Positions 9,684 to 19,549 are shown, numbered from the stretch's first letter. The stretch is 64,000 nucleotides of DNA from Minisyncoccota bacterium (GCA_036517475.1 DATDVZ010000007.1:1706-65705), one strand, 5' to 3'. Program-made: numbers and translations. The notes: generated by a model not told the origin, from the sequence alone.

Positions 9684-10616
9684 TTAAATACTTTTAGTTG
9701 CTGGTGTAAGATTAGACTCAATTTCTTTCTTTTTGCTGGAGTAATATTGCTTATGAAATAAAATCGCAATATCTTCCATTATCACTTTATTCTCCATTCT
9801 ATTAATGGCTTCCTCACATTCATTGAAGGTTTGTGGTATATCTTTCTCGCCAAGAAGTGATAGCGCAACTTGAGTATTGGTTAATATATTTGACCGGTAA
9901 CTTTCCTCACTCCTCTGTCTTTTATAATTTTCCAAAACTTTTATATAGTCATGAGGATTTAAAGTAAGTCTTTTTTTAAAATATGGGTTACTAACCTGCG
10001 GCATCTTGCTATACCAAAGATCGCACCAGACAATATTGTTTTGCTTGAATTTCCTCATATAATCAAAAACTTTTTGCGAATCAGGGTGGTCTCCAAGTCC
10101 GCAATCATCGTTATTTAGAATTATTGATTTTCTTAATTCAAGAAGAAATTCAATAGAGGGAGTCTCTGGATATTTTTTAATCAAAAGGTCGTAAAGGATA
10201 GTGTAGGAAAGGCTTTTTTCGCGAAGTGAAGGTATCCTATAGTAGGTGTACATCTCAGTATCGTTTGATGCCACGTATTCGTTGTGGTTTGCAATTTCAC
10301 AGAAATATTCATAATTTAATCTTCGCGGATTAAGAGGGTTGTCAAAAACCATATGCACAAGATCATGAGTAAAAAACATATCGCTCACATAATCACTCTC
10401 ATAGCCACGCATTAAAACAAAATTAAAATATTGAGTGAAATGGGCATATTCATAATCTTTTGTGCTCTTGAAAAATATGGGGCTTCGATGATCAATAATA
10501 AAATCGAGGAGTCCTCTATAGAAAGGGTGTGTTTTAAACTCATTGGTTTTAATCACCTGTGTATTTAAAAAATACTCGTACTCTTCCAATGTTGGAAAAA
10601 AAGTTAAATCTCTCAT
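9684..10616 (-). CDS. hypothetical protein (very AT-rich, Tyr/Asn/Phe-rich)
   Basis: 310-aa ORF with strong coding periodicity, no motif recognised. Confidence 0.4.
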   Translation of the reverse strand: MRDLTFFPTLEEYEYFLNTQVIKTNEFKTHPFYRGLLDFIIDHRSPIFFKSTKDYEYAHFTQYFNFVLMRGYESDYVSDMFFTHDLVHMVFDNPLNPRRLNYEYFCEIANHNEYVASNDTEMYTYYRIPSLREKSLSYTILYDLLIKKYPETPSIEFLLELRKSIILNNDDCGLGDHPDSQKVFDYMRKFKQNNIVWCDLWYSKMPQVSNPYFKKRLTLNPHDYIKVLENYKRQRSEESYRSNILTNTQVALSLLGEKDIPQTFNECEEAINRMENKVIMEDIAILFHKQYYSSKKKEIESNLTPATKSI

Positions 10617-10667
10617 AATTCAATTCAATCACTTAAGAGATTTTAGTCAATAAAAAAATCCGGAGGC

Positions 10668-12020
10668 TTATGCCTCCGGTCCGGAGTTTACAACTTCCGG
10701 TATCAAACCCAAACTATGCTCAAAAGCATCCTGATTGAAGTTGTATCCTTCACCAAGAAATTCAACCACCTTCAAAGCATCACGTCTGGCATTGTAAAGA
10801 CAAACGGAGGCTCCGGGAGAAGGTGTTGTATTGAAAATGCAACTATCTCCAATAATTGTCTTGTCTCCCATTTCTAGCTTCCAAGTCTTCAGATTCACAA
10901 TTTGAGGCCTGATCCCACCAGCACCTTCCCTACGCTTGATATCACGATATCTGATACCCGGAACAATTTTGCGAGCCTCCTTAAGAAGTAGGAACTTGCC
11001 AACAATCGGAAATCTATAAATCAGATTTCTTGACACATATCCGAAGAGTCTATTGGCAAAGAGAATATAAAACATTACCGCAATTCCTCTTAAAGAAGCG
11101 GTTGGAAGCTTCATATAGTCAAAGAAGCTTCTGTAATTATATCGTTCCATAAGTGGCTGAGGTACAGTAGTCGGGCCAAAATGATTCTCTTGCATCTTAA
11201 GTACGTCAGGATCCATATGAAGTTCAGCGAAAGGTCTTCCTTCAACCTGAGGCCGATAAACCTTATTGTAAACCTGCAAGCCAACTGAGTAAAAATCACC
11301 GGCTACTGAGAGAATTCCGTACTCATACCCGTAACCAAGCTTCTGAGCAAAAAGTAAGCTGTAAGCTCCGGCAGCAAAAACTACAACGCGAGCATGAAAT
11401 TCTCCACGATTTGTTTCAATAACATATCCATCTTCTGCTTTTCTTACGTCAATAACTGCAGTTGCGAGAAATAAATCCCCCTTTAAACTAGGTAATCCAT
11501 CAGCAACAAAACATTCTGCCAAAATCTGGTAATTTACCGCAAAACCCTCTGAACTGACTAATGCGCAAATTTTTTCCTCAGGGTTTCGCCCTTCCATGAC
11601 TTTCGGCTCAATCACAGAGAGCTCATCTTCATAAGCAATACGTAAATCAGGATAATAGTCTCTGAATTGTGTATAGCGATCCTCAAGAGCTTTTACCTGA
11701 TCAGTCCCAACTGCAAGCACCATGCGCAAAGTTTTCTTGAATAACCCGTCTGTTTTGCGCCTTGTTATATAACCGCGCAAAAGCTTGGCCGCCTCCTGAA
11801 CCTGAAGTGCGTGTTCAAGATCGTAGTTGGTTTCTGTTCCGCCATCATGTGATGTTTGGGCATTATTGAGCGGATGAGAATTTACGAGCGCAACTCCGTT
11901 GTTTTTTTCCAGAAGCGCGATACTTCTTATGTTGCTGAATCTGGAAAGAGCATAAAACAGAGATGTGCCGGTTACCCCAGCACCCACAATTGCAAGATCG
12001 TAGTGTCTTTTCATTTTCAT
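10668..12020 (-). CDS. FAD-dependent oxidoreductase, malate:quinone oxidoreductase-like
   Basis: N-terminal YDLAIVGAGVTGTSL Rossmann dinucleotide motif; NSHPLNNAQTSHDGGTETNYD and GGIRPQIV resemble Mqo-family blocks. Confidence 0.55.
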   Translation of the reverse strand: MKMKRHYDLAIVGAGVTGTSLFYALSRFSNIRSIALLEKNNGVALVNSHPLNNAQTSHDGGTETNYDLEHALQVQEAAKLLRGYITRRKTDGLFKKTLRMVLAVGTDQVKALEDRYTQFRDYYPDLRIAYEDELSVIEPKVMEGRNPEEKICALVSSEGFAVNYQILAECFVADGLPSLKGDLFLATAVIDVRKAEDGYVIETNRGEFHARVVVFAAGAYSLLFAQKLGYGYEYGILSVAGDFYSVGLQVYNKVYRPQVEGRPFAELHMDPDVLKMQENHFGPTTVPQPLMERYNYRSFFDYMKLPTASLRGIAVMFYILFANRLFGYVSRNLIYRFPIVGKFLLLKEARKIVPGIRYRDIKRREGAGGIRPQIVNLKTWKLEMGDKTIIGDSCIFNTTPSPGASVCLYNARRDALKVVEFLGEGYNFNQDAFEHSLGLIPEVVNSGPEA

Positions 12021-12094
12021 TCATCATCCTAGAAAGTGTGAATGGAAAAGAACTCTAATAAAATAATATCACTAATTTGATAATGAGTCAATAA

Positions 12095-12718
12095 TTAGTT
12101 AAAGCCGTAAAGTTTTTTGAGTTTTATATATTCCGTTGCCTCTTTTGCCATAAATTTCTCAAATGGTTCTCCATTTGCAATCCTGTTTCTTACTTCAGAA
12201 CTTGAGGCACCCTTCAACTTTACTTGAGCTATTTCGAAATTCTCTGGCAGCATTAATTCACTTGGGTCTTTATATCCCTCTCGTGGAAAAATTAAAAATT
12301 TCCATTTTTTAAAAAGCTCTTCTCCCCTTACCCAACGTGCTTGAATTTCATTCAATCCGCTGAATTCTTCTCTTTTTACTATTGAATCAGCACCTGTAAA
12401 CCAGATAACTTCATTATCAGGATAGATTCCTTTATATCTTTCAAGCCATTCAATAGTAGGTGTATTTTGCTTATACAAATCTTCAAATGAAATTGTAAAA
12501 TCCACATCTTTTTTTAAAAACCATTCTGTTGGAATGGTCAATAAGGTAATTATAAGCCTATGTTCTGGATCAATTAAGTTTTTTTTATCATTCCTTTGGC
12601 CAGATATTATCCAAATAACTTTGCTGAATTTTCCACTGTTCAATAGCCAACCAATAAGTTCCCTATGCGCAAGTATCGCTGGATTTGCAGCTGAACCACC
12701 TATTGCAATTGGAAGCAT
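12095..12718 (-). CDS. nicotinate/nicotinamide-nucleotide adenylyltransferase-like (NadD family, divergent)
   Basis: 207 aa; N-terminal GGSAANPAILAHREL (divergent (H/T)xGH region) and C-terminal SSSEVRNRI (SxTxIR-like) motifs; in NAD cluster. Confidence 0.55.
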   Translation of the reverse strand: MLPIAIGGSAANPAILAHRELIGWLLNSGKFSKVIWIISGQRNDKKNLIDPEHRLIITLLTIPTEWFLKKDVDFTISFEDLYKQNTPTIEWLERYKGIYPDNEVIWFTGADSIVKREEFSGLNEIQARWVRGEELFKKWKFLIFPREGYKDPSELMLPENFEIAQVKLKGASSSEVRNRIANGEPFEKFMAKEATEYIKLKKLYGFN

Positions 12719-12758
12719 TTATAAAAATTAAATTAATTTACCTAAATAAAATACCACA

Positions 12759-13430
12759 TCAGACTGATGTGGTAGAGTGTTTAGCAAGGATTTCTCTGAT
12801 TTTTGGATGGTGTATAACGCTAAAAATTTTCATATCAACCATTACTCCTGCCGGAGGATTGCTTAAAAAATCATGAGCCTCAATGAGAGGAACAGTTACA
12901 ACTTCAATATCTTCTCCCGTCTCAAGTTCTGGCTCTGTCACTTTCACGGCATTTAATCCGAGATAAATCACCATATTGTCTTCAACCAAACCTGAATTTA
13001 TCGGCCCTGAAAAAAGCCGGATGACTGAAGAAACTTTATAACCAGTTTCCTCAGTGAGTTCTCTCATCGCTAAAGATTCTTCCTCCTCGCCCTGCTTATC
13101 CATAATACCAGCACAAAGCTCAATAACCCACGATCTAAGAGGAATACGGTAATTTTTTGTAAGAATTAATCTGTCATCCGCTGTGATTGCAGCAATGCCG
13201 ACAATTCTTCCGAAAGTTTTGCGCTTTACACACTCCCAAATTCCCTCTCCGCCTGTTGCATTGTTGCGGAAATGGCGATTGGTAACTGTAATAAACTTGC
13301 CGTCATAGACAAGTTCCTCCTCAAGAATCTCTAAGTTTGTATTTCTCATTATCCTCCAAAATATTTTTCTACTCTTAATGGATACTACATTAGGCAAATA
13401 ATAAATCAAATAGTTTTTATCTCCTTGCAA
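12759..13430 (-). CDS. Nudix hydrolase, ADP-ribose pyrophosphatase-like
   Basis: Nudix box GIMDKQGEEEESLAMRELTEETG; true start may be internal Met (MRNTNLEIL...). Confidence 0.65.
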   Translation of the reverse strand: MQGDKNYLIYYLPNVVSIKSRKIFWRIMRNTNLEILEEELVYDGKFITVTNRHFRNNATGGEGIWECVKRKTFGRIVGIAAITADDRLILTKNYRIPLRSWVIELCAGIMDKQGEEEESLAMRELTEETGYKVSSVIRLFSGPINSGLVEDNMVIYLGLNAVKVTEPELETGEDIEVVTVPLIEAHDFLSNPPAGVMVDMKIFSVIHHPKIREILAKHSTTSV

Positions 13431-13738
13431 ACTAAAAACCGAGTTATTTCTATAACTCGGGCTTGTTTAGACACTATTTTTCCATTTCTGCTTCCGCGCG
13501 CCTTTGGGCAGCCAACCTTGCCAAAATCCGATTATTCTCATTATTCTGGGGAGAAAGTAAATAATCGGGAGCGGTGTATCTGCCACTTGGGCGGTCTTCG
13601 GGAGAGATTTTCATACTTTTTCTTTTGCCTGAATTACGATCTCGGCGCGGTCCTCTCATGATATACTCCGAATTTGGATCTGGGTTTAATTATAATCAGA
13701 AATATTTTTTTGAAAAGTGGAAATAAAAAAATTGTTTA

Positions 13739-14641
13739 TTATTCGTTATAAGCCCTTTTTAATCCTTCAATATCAATCTTTTTCATTTGAAGCATTGCTT
13801 TCATCACCCTTTCAGACTTTACAGGATCCGGGTCGCTCAAGTACTCTCCTAGAATTTTAGGAATGATCTGCCATGAAAAATCAAATTTATCGGCAAGCCA
13901 TCCGCACTGTTGCGCCTTTGAATCGGCTTCTTCTGTCAACTTATTCCAGTAATAATCAACCTCATTTTGATCTTCACACTCAACATGAAAGGATATTGCC
14001 CCACTTACTTCGAACTTATGTGGAAAACTGTTCTCCATTGCCCGAAAAGGCTGCCCCTCCAGAAGAAAATGTGAATATTTTATCTTTCCCTCAACGTCCC
14101 CTTCGTCCTTCTCGTATCTTGCAATAGTTTCAATTGAAGAATTTTTAAATATTCCCATATAAAAATTTATCGCCTCATCGCATTTGCCGAAGTGTTTGCC
14201 AATAAACATCAGTGACGGAATTATTTTCCCACCATTCTTTTCTGTGTTTATCTGCCAAGATACTCCGAATCTGTCCTGGAGCCAGCCATATTTTTCCGCC
14301 CACGGATATTGCTGAAATGGCATCAGTATTTCCCCATCAGCAGAAAGTTTATCGTAAAAATTTTGAGCCACGTCTGCATTTGCGCAGGTTATTGTAAAAG
14401 AGACTGATGGATTGAATTTGAAATGCGGGCCGCCGTCGAGGGCCATAAAGCGTTGTCCCATAAGCTCAAAGACAGCTGTTATAATTTTTCCTTGGAATCC
14501 TTCCCACGCCGGGTGAAGCGCTTTTTCAGGATAGCGTTTGATGCTTACAATTCTTGAATTATCAAAAATTGAAATATAAAAATTCATCGCTTCCTGGCAA
14601 TTCTTGTCAAACCATAAAAACGGAGTGATTTTTTGAATCAT
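13739..14641 (-). CDS. VOC-superfamily protein with two tandem PhnB/3-demethylubiquinone-9 3-methyltransferase-like domains
   Basis: Two repeats each starting ITPFLWFD / IIPSLMFIG with conserved aromatic pattern of PF06983-type domains. Confidence 0.55.
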   Translation of the reverse strand: MIQKITPFLWFDKNCQEAMNFYISIFDNSRIVSIKRYPEKALHPAWEGFQGKIITAVFELMGQRFMALDGGPHFKFNPSVSFTITCANADVAQNFYDKLSADGEILMPFQQYPWAEKYGWLQDRFGVSWQINTEKNGGKIIPSLMFIGKHFGKCDEAINFYMGIFKNSSIETIARYEKDEGDVEGKIKYSHFLLEGQPFRAMENSFPHKFEVSGAISFHVECEDQNEVDYYWNKLTEEADSKAQQCGWLADKFDFSWQIIPKILGEYLSDPDPVKSERVMKAMLQMKKIDIEGLKRAYNE

Positions 14642-14680
14642 AGTTATTTGGTTTTATTAACAGTTTAAAAAAACTACAGA

Positions 14681-14794
14681 TTAAAGTCTTTTGCGTTTTG
14701 CTGAAAGCCTCGCGTGTTTTATCGCCAGGCGTTTTTTTGTTTTCCTGGAACGAGAGGTTTTATTTTTTGTATTTACACTAAGTCTTTTTGCCAT
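14681..14794 (-). CDS. small basic protein (37 aa), possible divergent ribosomal protein L34-like
   Basis: MAKRLSVNTKNKTSRSRKTKKRLAIKHARLSAKRKRL; Arg/Lys-rich, length and C-terminal KRKRL reminiscent of L34 but similarity weak; below ORF-track size cutoff. Confidence 0.25.
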   Translation of the reverse strand: MAKRLSVNTKNKTSRSRKTKKRLAIKHARLSAKRKRL

Positions 14795-14968
14795 GGTTCA
14801 ATATTACTCACCATGGCCCTGAATTAAATTAATTGAAGGGCCATAAGTTGTAACTATACCCCGTGAGATACAGATAATATACTAAGTATTGTAACATGGG
14901 AATCATTATCTCATGGGGTATACACTAATTAACTGACAGCGCGAACAAATTATTCTAATTTTTAATAA

Positions 14969-15565
14969 TCAGCGGATACCAGTGTCACATGAAAGGGTAA
15001 TATTTTGCGTGGGACCAGAAATTTCAAAACTTTCCTCCTTGCATAAAGGATAAGGATTGCCGCTTCGCGGTATAAACTTATATGCTCCATAAGAGAGATA
15101 AAAAGTGACTTTCCCCTTCCCATCGGTTGGCCTGCTCGTAACTAAGTTTGCATCACTGTAAACATCAACTGATGTCAGATAAGGTTTTGGAGCACAATTT
15201 GGATCTGGAGGAATTCTTTCCACCGGACAAGTCGGCCCAAGCAGAACCTCTACATAGACAACCGTACTCTTGGCGGGGGTGGCCGGGCATGCCTTAAACT
15301 GGCAAGTTGGCGGGGTCCGACTGACATATGAACCATCTGGACAGAGTTTCACATCGGCCGTACAGAAAATTTGCTCCGACCCATCTGGCAGTGTTGAAGG
15401 CGTTGATGTCGGAGTAATTGAGGTAGATGTACTAGACATTTTTTCCCCCGGTAAAATACTTCCGATCGGTAAATTATCTTTTTGCCAAAAAAGTACAACC
15501 AGAACAGCGGCTGCCACAATAACTCCAATTAATATTCCGTTTTTTGAATTCATATTTGATATCAA
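14969..15565 (-). CDS. membrane-anchored Cys-rich secreted protein, hypothetical
   Basis: N-terminal TM helix, Ser/Thr/Pro-rich linker, 8+ Cys. Confidence 0.4.
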   Translation of the reverse strand: MISNMNSKNGILIGVIVAAAVLVVLFWQKDNLPIGSILPGEKMSSTSTSITPTSTPSTLPDGSEQIFCTADVKLCPDGSYVSRTPPTCQFKACPATPAKSTVVYVEVLLGPTCPVERIPPDPNCAPKPYLTSVDVYSDANLVTSRPTDGKGKVTFYLSYGAYKFIPRSGNPYPLCKEESFEISGPTQNITLSCDTGIR

Positions 15566-15658
15566 AAATTGCCTGCCCGCTCAAATCCTGCTTACGGGAT
15601 TTGAACGGGAAAATTGAATTTTTAGTATATCAGACGACAAAATGATTATTTAATGAAC

Positions 15659-15970
15659 TTATTTGCCGAGGAATACTAAAACTAAAACAATAAACACAAT
15701 TACGATTCCGGCAAAAAATCCTAAAGTTTTTAAAAAATAGTTTACCGCTTCCTGCTTAAGCCCGTCCATATATAACTTGAATGGCTCAAAAACAAAAAGA
15801 TACCCCATTAAGGCCGCCGACAACACAAAAAGACCAATCATAACCATTGGCATGAAAATTGTTCTCTCCAACGATGTAATGGAAGTTGTCGTCTGCATAA
15901 CAAAGACAATAATCACGATGTATATTGCAGCCGCTATTGCATTAACTATTGGGTTCTTGTTCATGAGCAC
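15659..15970 (-). CDS. small integral membrane protein
   Basis: 103 aa, three hydrophobic helices. Confidence 0.4.
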   Translation of the reverse strand: MLMNKNPIVNAIAAAIYIVIIVFVMQTTTSITSLERTIFMPMVMIGLFVLSAALMGYLFVFEPFKLYMDGLKQEAVNYFLKTLGFFAGIVIVFIVLVLVFLGK

Positions 15971-16016
15971 ATTGTATCATTTTGTAAAATAACCGCCCAA
16001 ATGGCGGTTATTTTTC

Positions 16017-16571
16017 TTAACTTCTCTCCTTCATGATTTCAATGAGAAATTCCGCCTTCTTGCCTTCGGATTTGAGAAGTGTAGGTAGTGTAAGATCACT
16101 TCTCAAACTTTGCATATCTTCATCAAAATCCGGATCCTCAAAACTACATTGAGCAAACCCAGCAAAGTGTAGAGATTCAACCTTATCACCAAGAGTAAAT
16201 TCAATAATAGCTACCATAGCATGCTTGGCATAATATGGTGATCGTTTGTTTACTACTCCAAAAAAATGATCACAAACCCTATCTCTAATTGTTTGGTGAT
16301 CTGTGCCTAAAGTGAGAAATGGTTGAACAATTTTACTCACTCCCTCTCTTTCAGGAACGCAACCTTTTGGCAACATTCCTAACACAAAAGATAAATATCT
16401 TTCAACAAGTTCTGATGTTATGCCGGGGAATCTACCTTCAAGAAATGTTAAGAGTTCCTCAACTTCTTTTCCCTGTCGTGCAGTAATATCAATTATATCC
16501 TCGGGAGTAATCTCTGGAAATTCATGAACATTCGACCAAGTAAGTAATGCCCCCAGTCGCCGATTGCTCAT
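16017..16571 (-). CDS. hypothetical protein
   Basis: 184-aa ORF, no motif recognised. Confidence 0.4.
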   Translation of the reverse strand: MSNRRLGALLTWSNVHEFPEITPEDIIDITARQGKEVEELLTFLEGRFPGITSELVERYLSFVLGMLPKGCVPEREGVSKIVQPFLTLGTDHQTIRDRVCDHFFGVVNKRSPYYAKHAMVAIIEFTLGDKVESLHFAGFAQCSFEDPDFDEDMQSLRSDLTLPTLLKSEGKKAEFLIEIMKERS

Positions 16572-16698
16572 TTATACTCCTCCTCTTTGAAGTCAGGTTT
16601 TGATTACAATTCTATTGACACCCTACACTTTTTTAAATTACGGTCAATTTAAGTATATCTATACTTTTTATTCATTGTTATTTATTCATTGTTCCCTG

Positions 16699-17319
16699 CT
16701 ATATTTTCTCGTAAAATACGGCTTTCCCTTTTATTCCAACTTGTCTTATCCTCCCCTCACTCTCCAACATTGAAAGATATCTTGTGGCGGTAGCATCAGA
16801 GACATGCAAAAGCTTCTCTACTTCATCGTTCGTGATCCTTGTTCGCTTCGCAAATAATTCCATAATTTTTTCAATTTTTTTTCTCTTCCTTGCCCGAATT
16901 ACATTTCCGGCTTTAGTAAGAAGTTCGCGAACTGGATTTCGAGTAAACGGCTCAATTGGTGGGAATTGAGCCGTTTGATTTAAAACCGGAGGTGTTTCCT
17001 TGGGTAGCGGAGAGGACAGAAGTAAATCCTCAGATTTTTCTTCAGTATTTTCAGGGGCTGTAGTTTCTGCAGGTGCTGTCGCATCACCCCCTGAAACCAC
17101 TTCCGTGGTTTCAGGGGGTATGTTTTCATTTATCGCATCAACCGGCACATCAACTGTTTCAGAACTTGCTTGTGGTGAGTTAATCGAATCCACCTGCGGT
17201 AAGCTTGTCGAATCCACCTGTGGTGAGCTAGTCGAATCCACTTGCGTCTCCGCAGGCACTTCAGGAATCACAGTAATAGGATTTTGATCAGAATTTTGAT
17301 TTTCTGGTTCATTAGTCAT
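16699..17319 (-). CDS. winged-helix DNA-binding protein with N-terminal tandem peptide repeats
   Basis: Repeats VDSTSSPQ/VDSTSLPQ/VDSINSPQ; C-terminus EVEKLLHVSDATATRYLSMLESEGRIRQ typical wHTH. Confidence 0.45.
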   Translation of the reverse strand: MTNEPENQNSDQNPITVIPEVPAETQVDSTSSPQVDSTSLPQVDSINSPQASSETVDVPVDAINENIPPETTEVVSGGDATAPAETTAPENTEEKSEDLLLSSPLPKETPPVLNQTAQFPPIEPFTRNPVRELLTKAGNVIRARKRKKIEKIMELFAKRTRITNDEVEKLLHVSDATATRYLSMLESEGRIRQVGIKGKAVFYEKI

Positions 17320-17762
17320 GTTGAAATTATATCAATTCTCTCAATAAGGGATTTAAATATTTTGGCAATTGTCGCGATAAGATATGTATTCTATGCGTAA
17401 CCAGCTTATTTGAACACCGTGATTGGTACAAGTTACTGCATACGCCCTATCACGATGTATACTTTCAAAGTCATGCCAACTTGTACGAAGATTCAAAGCA
17501 AATATAACTATAATCAACGAAATAATTATCCCTAACAAATATAGATATTTCTTCATATTAAAAATTTATTTGTTAATCCAGCACCCGATAAACACTAACA
17601 TCCCCATCTTTTACCATTAAAATAATATAGTAAATTTATTATAAACAAACTATATGCTAATTTGCGCCTGCCCCGTAATGAACGTAGTTCTACTATTGGG
17701 GTAAATAAGCATATAGTTTGACTTAGGGTTTATAGTTATAAAAATTAAATAAAAAACCCGTA

Positions 17763-18134
17763 TTAACGGGCTCTCTTTTGGAGAATTCTTTCTCGCGCTT
17801 CTGATGTTGCATTCAATCCTTTTTGCCGGATTTCTTCAGGGCTATCATAGGCATTCACCACAACAAATGCAACCGCTAATCGCTCCCTCTGACGTCTGAT
17901 TTGAAAATAGCGGATTGCTCTGTATGAACTTTTTATCTGAACAAAGATCTTACCAACATCCGTATGTGCAATAGCGTCAATTCCCCTATAATCCTCTTCT
18001 CTACTTGCTCTTTCAATTCTGTAAAGCCATTCCGGCAAAGGTACACCTTGTGAAAAAGCAGAGAAGAATTTGTTTTCATTAATTCTCCCCCTCTCTTGGC
18101 CGATTTTCCCAATCAAGCTTCTTACTCTAGACAC
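17763..18134 (-). CDS. small PD-(D/E)xK nuclease-fold-like protein, hypothetical
   Basis: GIDAIAHTD...IFVQIKSS matches D...(D/E)xK arrangement; terminator hairpin CCCGTTAATACGGG+T-run downstream. Confidence 0.35.
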   Translation of the reverse strand: MSRVRSLIGKIGQERGRINENKFFSAFSQGVPLPEWLYRIERASREEDYRGIDAIAHTDVGKIFVQIKSSYRAIRYFQIRRQRERLAVAFVVVNAYDSPEEIRQKGLNATSEARERILQKRAR

Positions 18135-18258
18135 TACCCCTCCTTTTTAGATATCTTAAACTAATTTAAAACAATCCCCCAATTTTGTCAAAAAATTTTT
18201 TAGAATTTTGATTCTCTTATTCGTCTAGCAAGATCAAATTATATCAGTCCACAAATCT

Positions 18259-18286
18259 ATTCTCTTATTCTCGAGAATAAGAGAAT
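18259..18286. repeat. 28-bp perfect palindrome ATTCTCTTATTCTCGAGAATAAGAGAAT, copy A (plus conserved flank to 18310)
   Basis: Exact repeat of 19550-19577; flank TTGGCAAAGATTATCAGCG also shared. Confidence 0.8.
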
Positions 18287-18303
18287 AGATTTGGCAAAGA
18301 TTA

Positions 18304-18642
18304 TCAGCGGAGTTGGCTGCCCAGATCAATTGAAGGTTTCTTGGGTTCAATAAGCACCCAGCCGTCTCCCTCATTATTGCGGAAGCCGAGTGTAAGGACT
18401 TCAGAAGCAAAAGGTCCAATTTGTTTTGGCGAAAAATTTATTACGCAACACACTAAAGAATTCAATAATTCTTCTTTAGTATGCGCTCCGACAGCTTGAA
18501 CACTGGATTGTTTCGTCCCTACTTCAGTTCCAAAGTCAATTTTTAATTTATATGCCGGTTTTTTCGCTTCAGGAAAATCCGAAACCTCAACCACTTTCCC
18601 CACCCGAATATCAACTTTCTCAAAATCTTCGAATGTAATCAT
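18304..18642 (-). CDS. tRNA-binding domain protein (CsaA/Trbp111/EMAP-II-like OB fold)
   Basis: KVDIRVGKVVEV...; characteristic myf-domain pattern. Confidence 0.65.
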   Translation of the reverse strand: MITFEDFEKVDIRVGKVVEVSDFPEAKKPAYKLKIDFGTEVGTKQSSVQAVGAHTKEELLNSLVCCVINFSPKQIGPFASEVLTLGFRNNEGDGWVLIEPKKPSIDLGSQLR

Positions 18643-18689
18643 AAATTTAGTATAGCAAAACTGCCTCGTCTTAACTTAAGACTTTTAAT

Positions 18690-18848
18690 ATAGACCCTCG
18701 GGGCAAGCCCCGAGGTAATTAATACCGAGCTCATTCCATTCGCACTGAAGCGCGGCGAAGCCGCGCGGTATTAAACCTATATTAGCTCCTCGGCTCGGAA
18801 GTAAAAAAGTTTACTTTCTTACTTCTCTCGCTCTACGTCGCTAATAAA
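18690..18848 (+). repeat. structured GC-rich intergenic repeat, family R, copy 1
   Basis: ATAGACCCTCGGGGCAAGCCCCGAGG hairpin, TAATACCG...CGGTATTA enclosing GCGCGGCGAAGCCGCGC hairpin, conserved 3' module ...TCTCGCTCTACGTCGCTAATAA; near-identical ends to 26594-26756 (inverted) and 49098-49252. Confidence 0.8.
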
Positions 18849-18881
18849 AAAACCCCTCCTTATAAATGAGGGGGTGTGGGA

Positions 18882-19502
18882 TTAAACCCTTCGCTTGTTG
18901 GTATAGAGGCTTCTCCACCAACTTGAGGGTGACTCGTCGTACATTTCTTTACAAAGAGTTTTCGCTGATTCTGTAGTAAGGTATTTCATGTATGCATATG
19001 GCCGTGGAGTACTTTTGCCGGCAAGCCATGCAGCCGCCTCTTTATTGCCCTGCCACTCGTATTCTCGCAGCAGTAGGACTTGGTCTAGAACGTCGGCATC
19101 TTTGGCAACAAGGGCTTCGCGACTCTGGCGAGCAGCATATTCACGAGCAATTTCTGCTAGCTCTGGGAAAGGTAATCCGCCGAGCTGCTCATCAAGCACA
19201 GCCGCCTCGTCTTCACTTACATAGCGCTTGTGAATCCAGTTGTGATCATTAGTTCTGGATTCGCCGGTATCGTGTAGAAGGCACATCATGACAACTTTCT
19301 GCCAGTCCACTCCTTCCATTTTGGCAAGAAAGTAGCCAATGAACATTACTCGAAATGAATGCGTGGCAATGTTATCGGACATGTCATCAGTTAAGAGCGA
19401 CTGGCGATGAATCCGAGCAACTTTTCGCATCGTGCCAACTTCAAACAGAAACTGCACAATCCTCTCTGTGTCCACTTTTTCCTCCAAACAAGATCTGAAC
19501 AC
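18882..19502 (-). CDS. HD-domain phosphohydrolase, YfbR-like 5'-deoxynucleotidase
   Basis: HSFRV...LLHDTGE...D HD motif arrangement; GTG start inferred. Confidence 0.6.
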   Translation of the reverse strand: MFRSCLEEKVDTERIVQFLFEVGTMRKVARIHRQSLLTDDMSDNIATHSFRVMFIGYFLAKMEGVDWQKVVMMCLLHDTGESRTNDHNWIHKRYVSEDEAAVLDEQLGGLPFPELAEIAREYAARQSREALVAKDADVLDQVLLLREYEWQGNKEAAAWLAGKSTPRPYAYMKYLTTESAKTLCKEMYDESPSSWWRSLYTNKRRV

Positions 19503-19549
19503 AACCCTAGCATTTTTACATTAATTTTTAAAGCCCTCACTACAAAACC

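Noticed and set aside
13474-13659. 61-aa basic ORF (minus) between the VOC gene and the Nudix gene
   Set aside because: No RBS. Composition dominated by Arg/Asn runs from an AT-rich spacer. An overlapping plus-strand ORF is equally long. Insufficient evidence to call as a gene.
15270-15617. Plus-strand ORFs antisense to minus-strand genes (for example 15270..15617, 18988..19252, 20656..21012, 21506..22006, 35544..35972, 47711..48088 on minus inside topA)
   Set aside because: Each lies entirely within a longer, motif-supported gene on the opposite strand, lacks RBS and shows shadow-ORF composition (Ser/Arg/Leu-rich).
17600-17745. Possible small RNA/riboswitch in the AT-rich spacer (inverted repeat AACTATATGCTA...AGCATATAGTT flanking a CCCC/GGGG segment)
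   Set aside because: Stems are short and AT-rich, with no promoter/terminator pair or conserved riboswitch core recognisable. Could be a simple terminator region.
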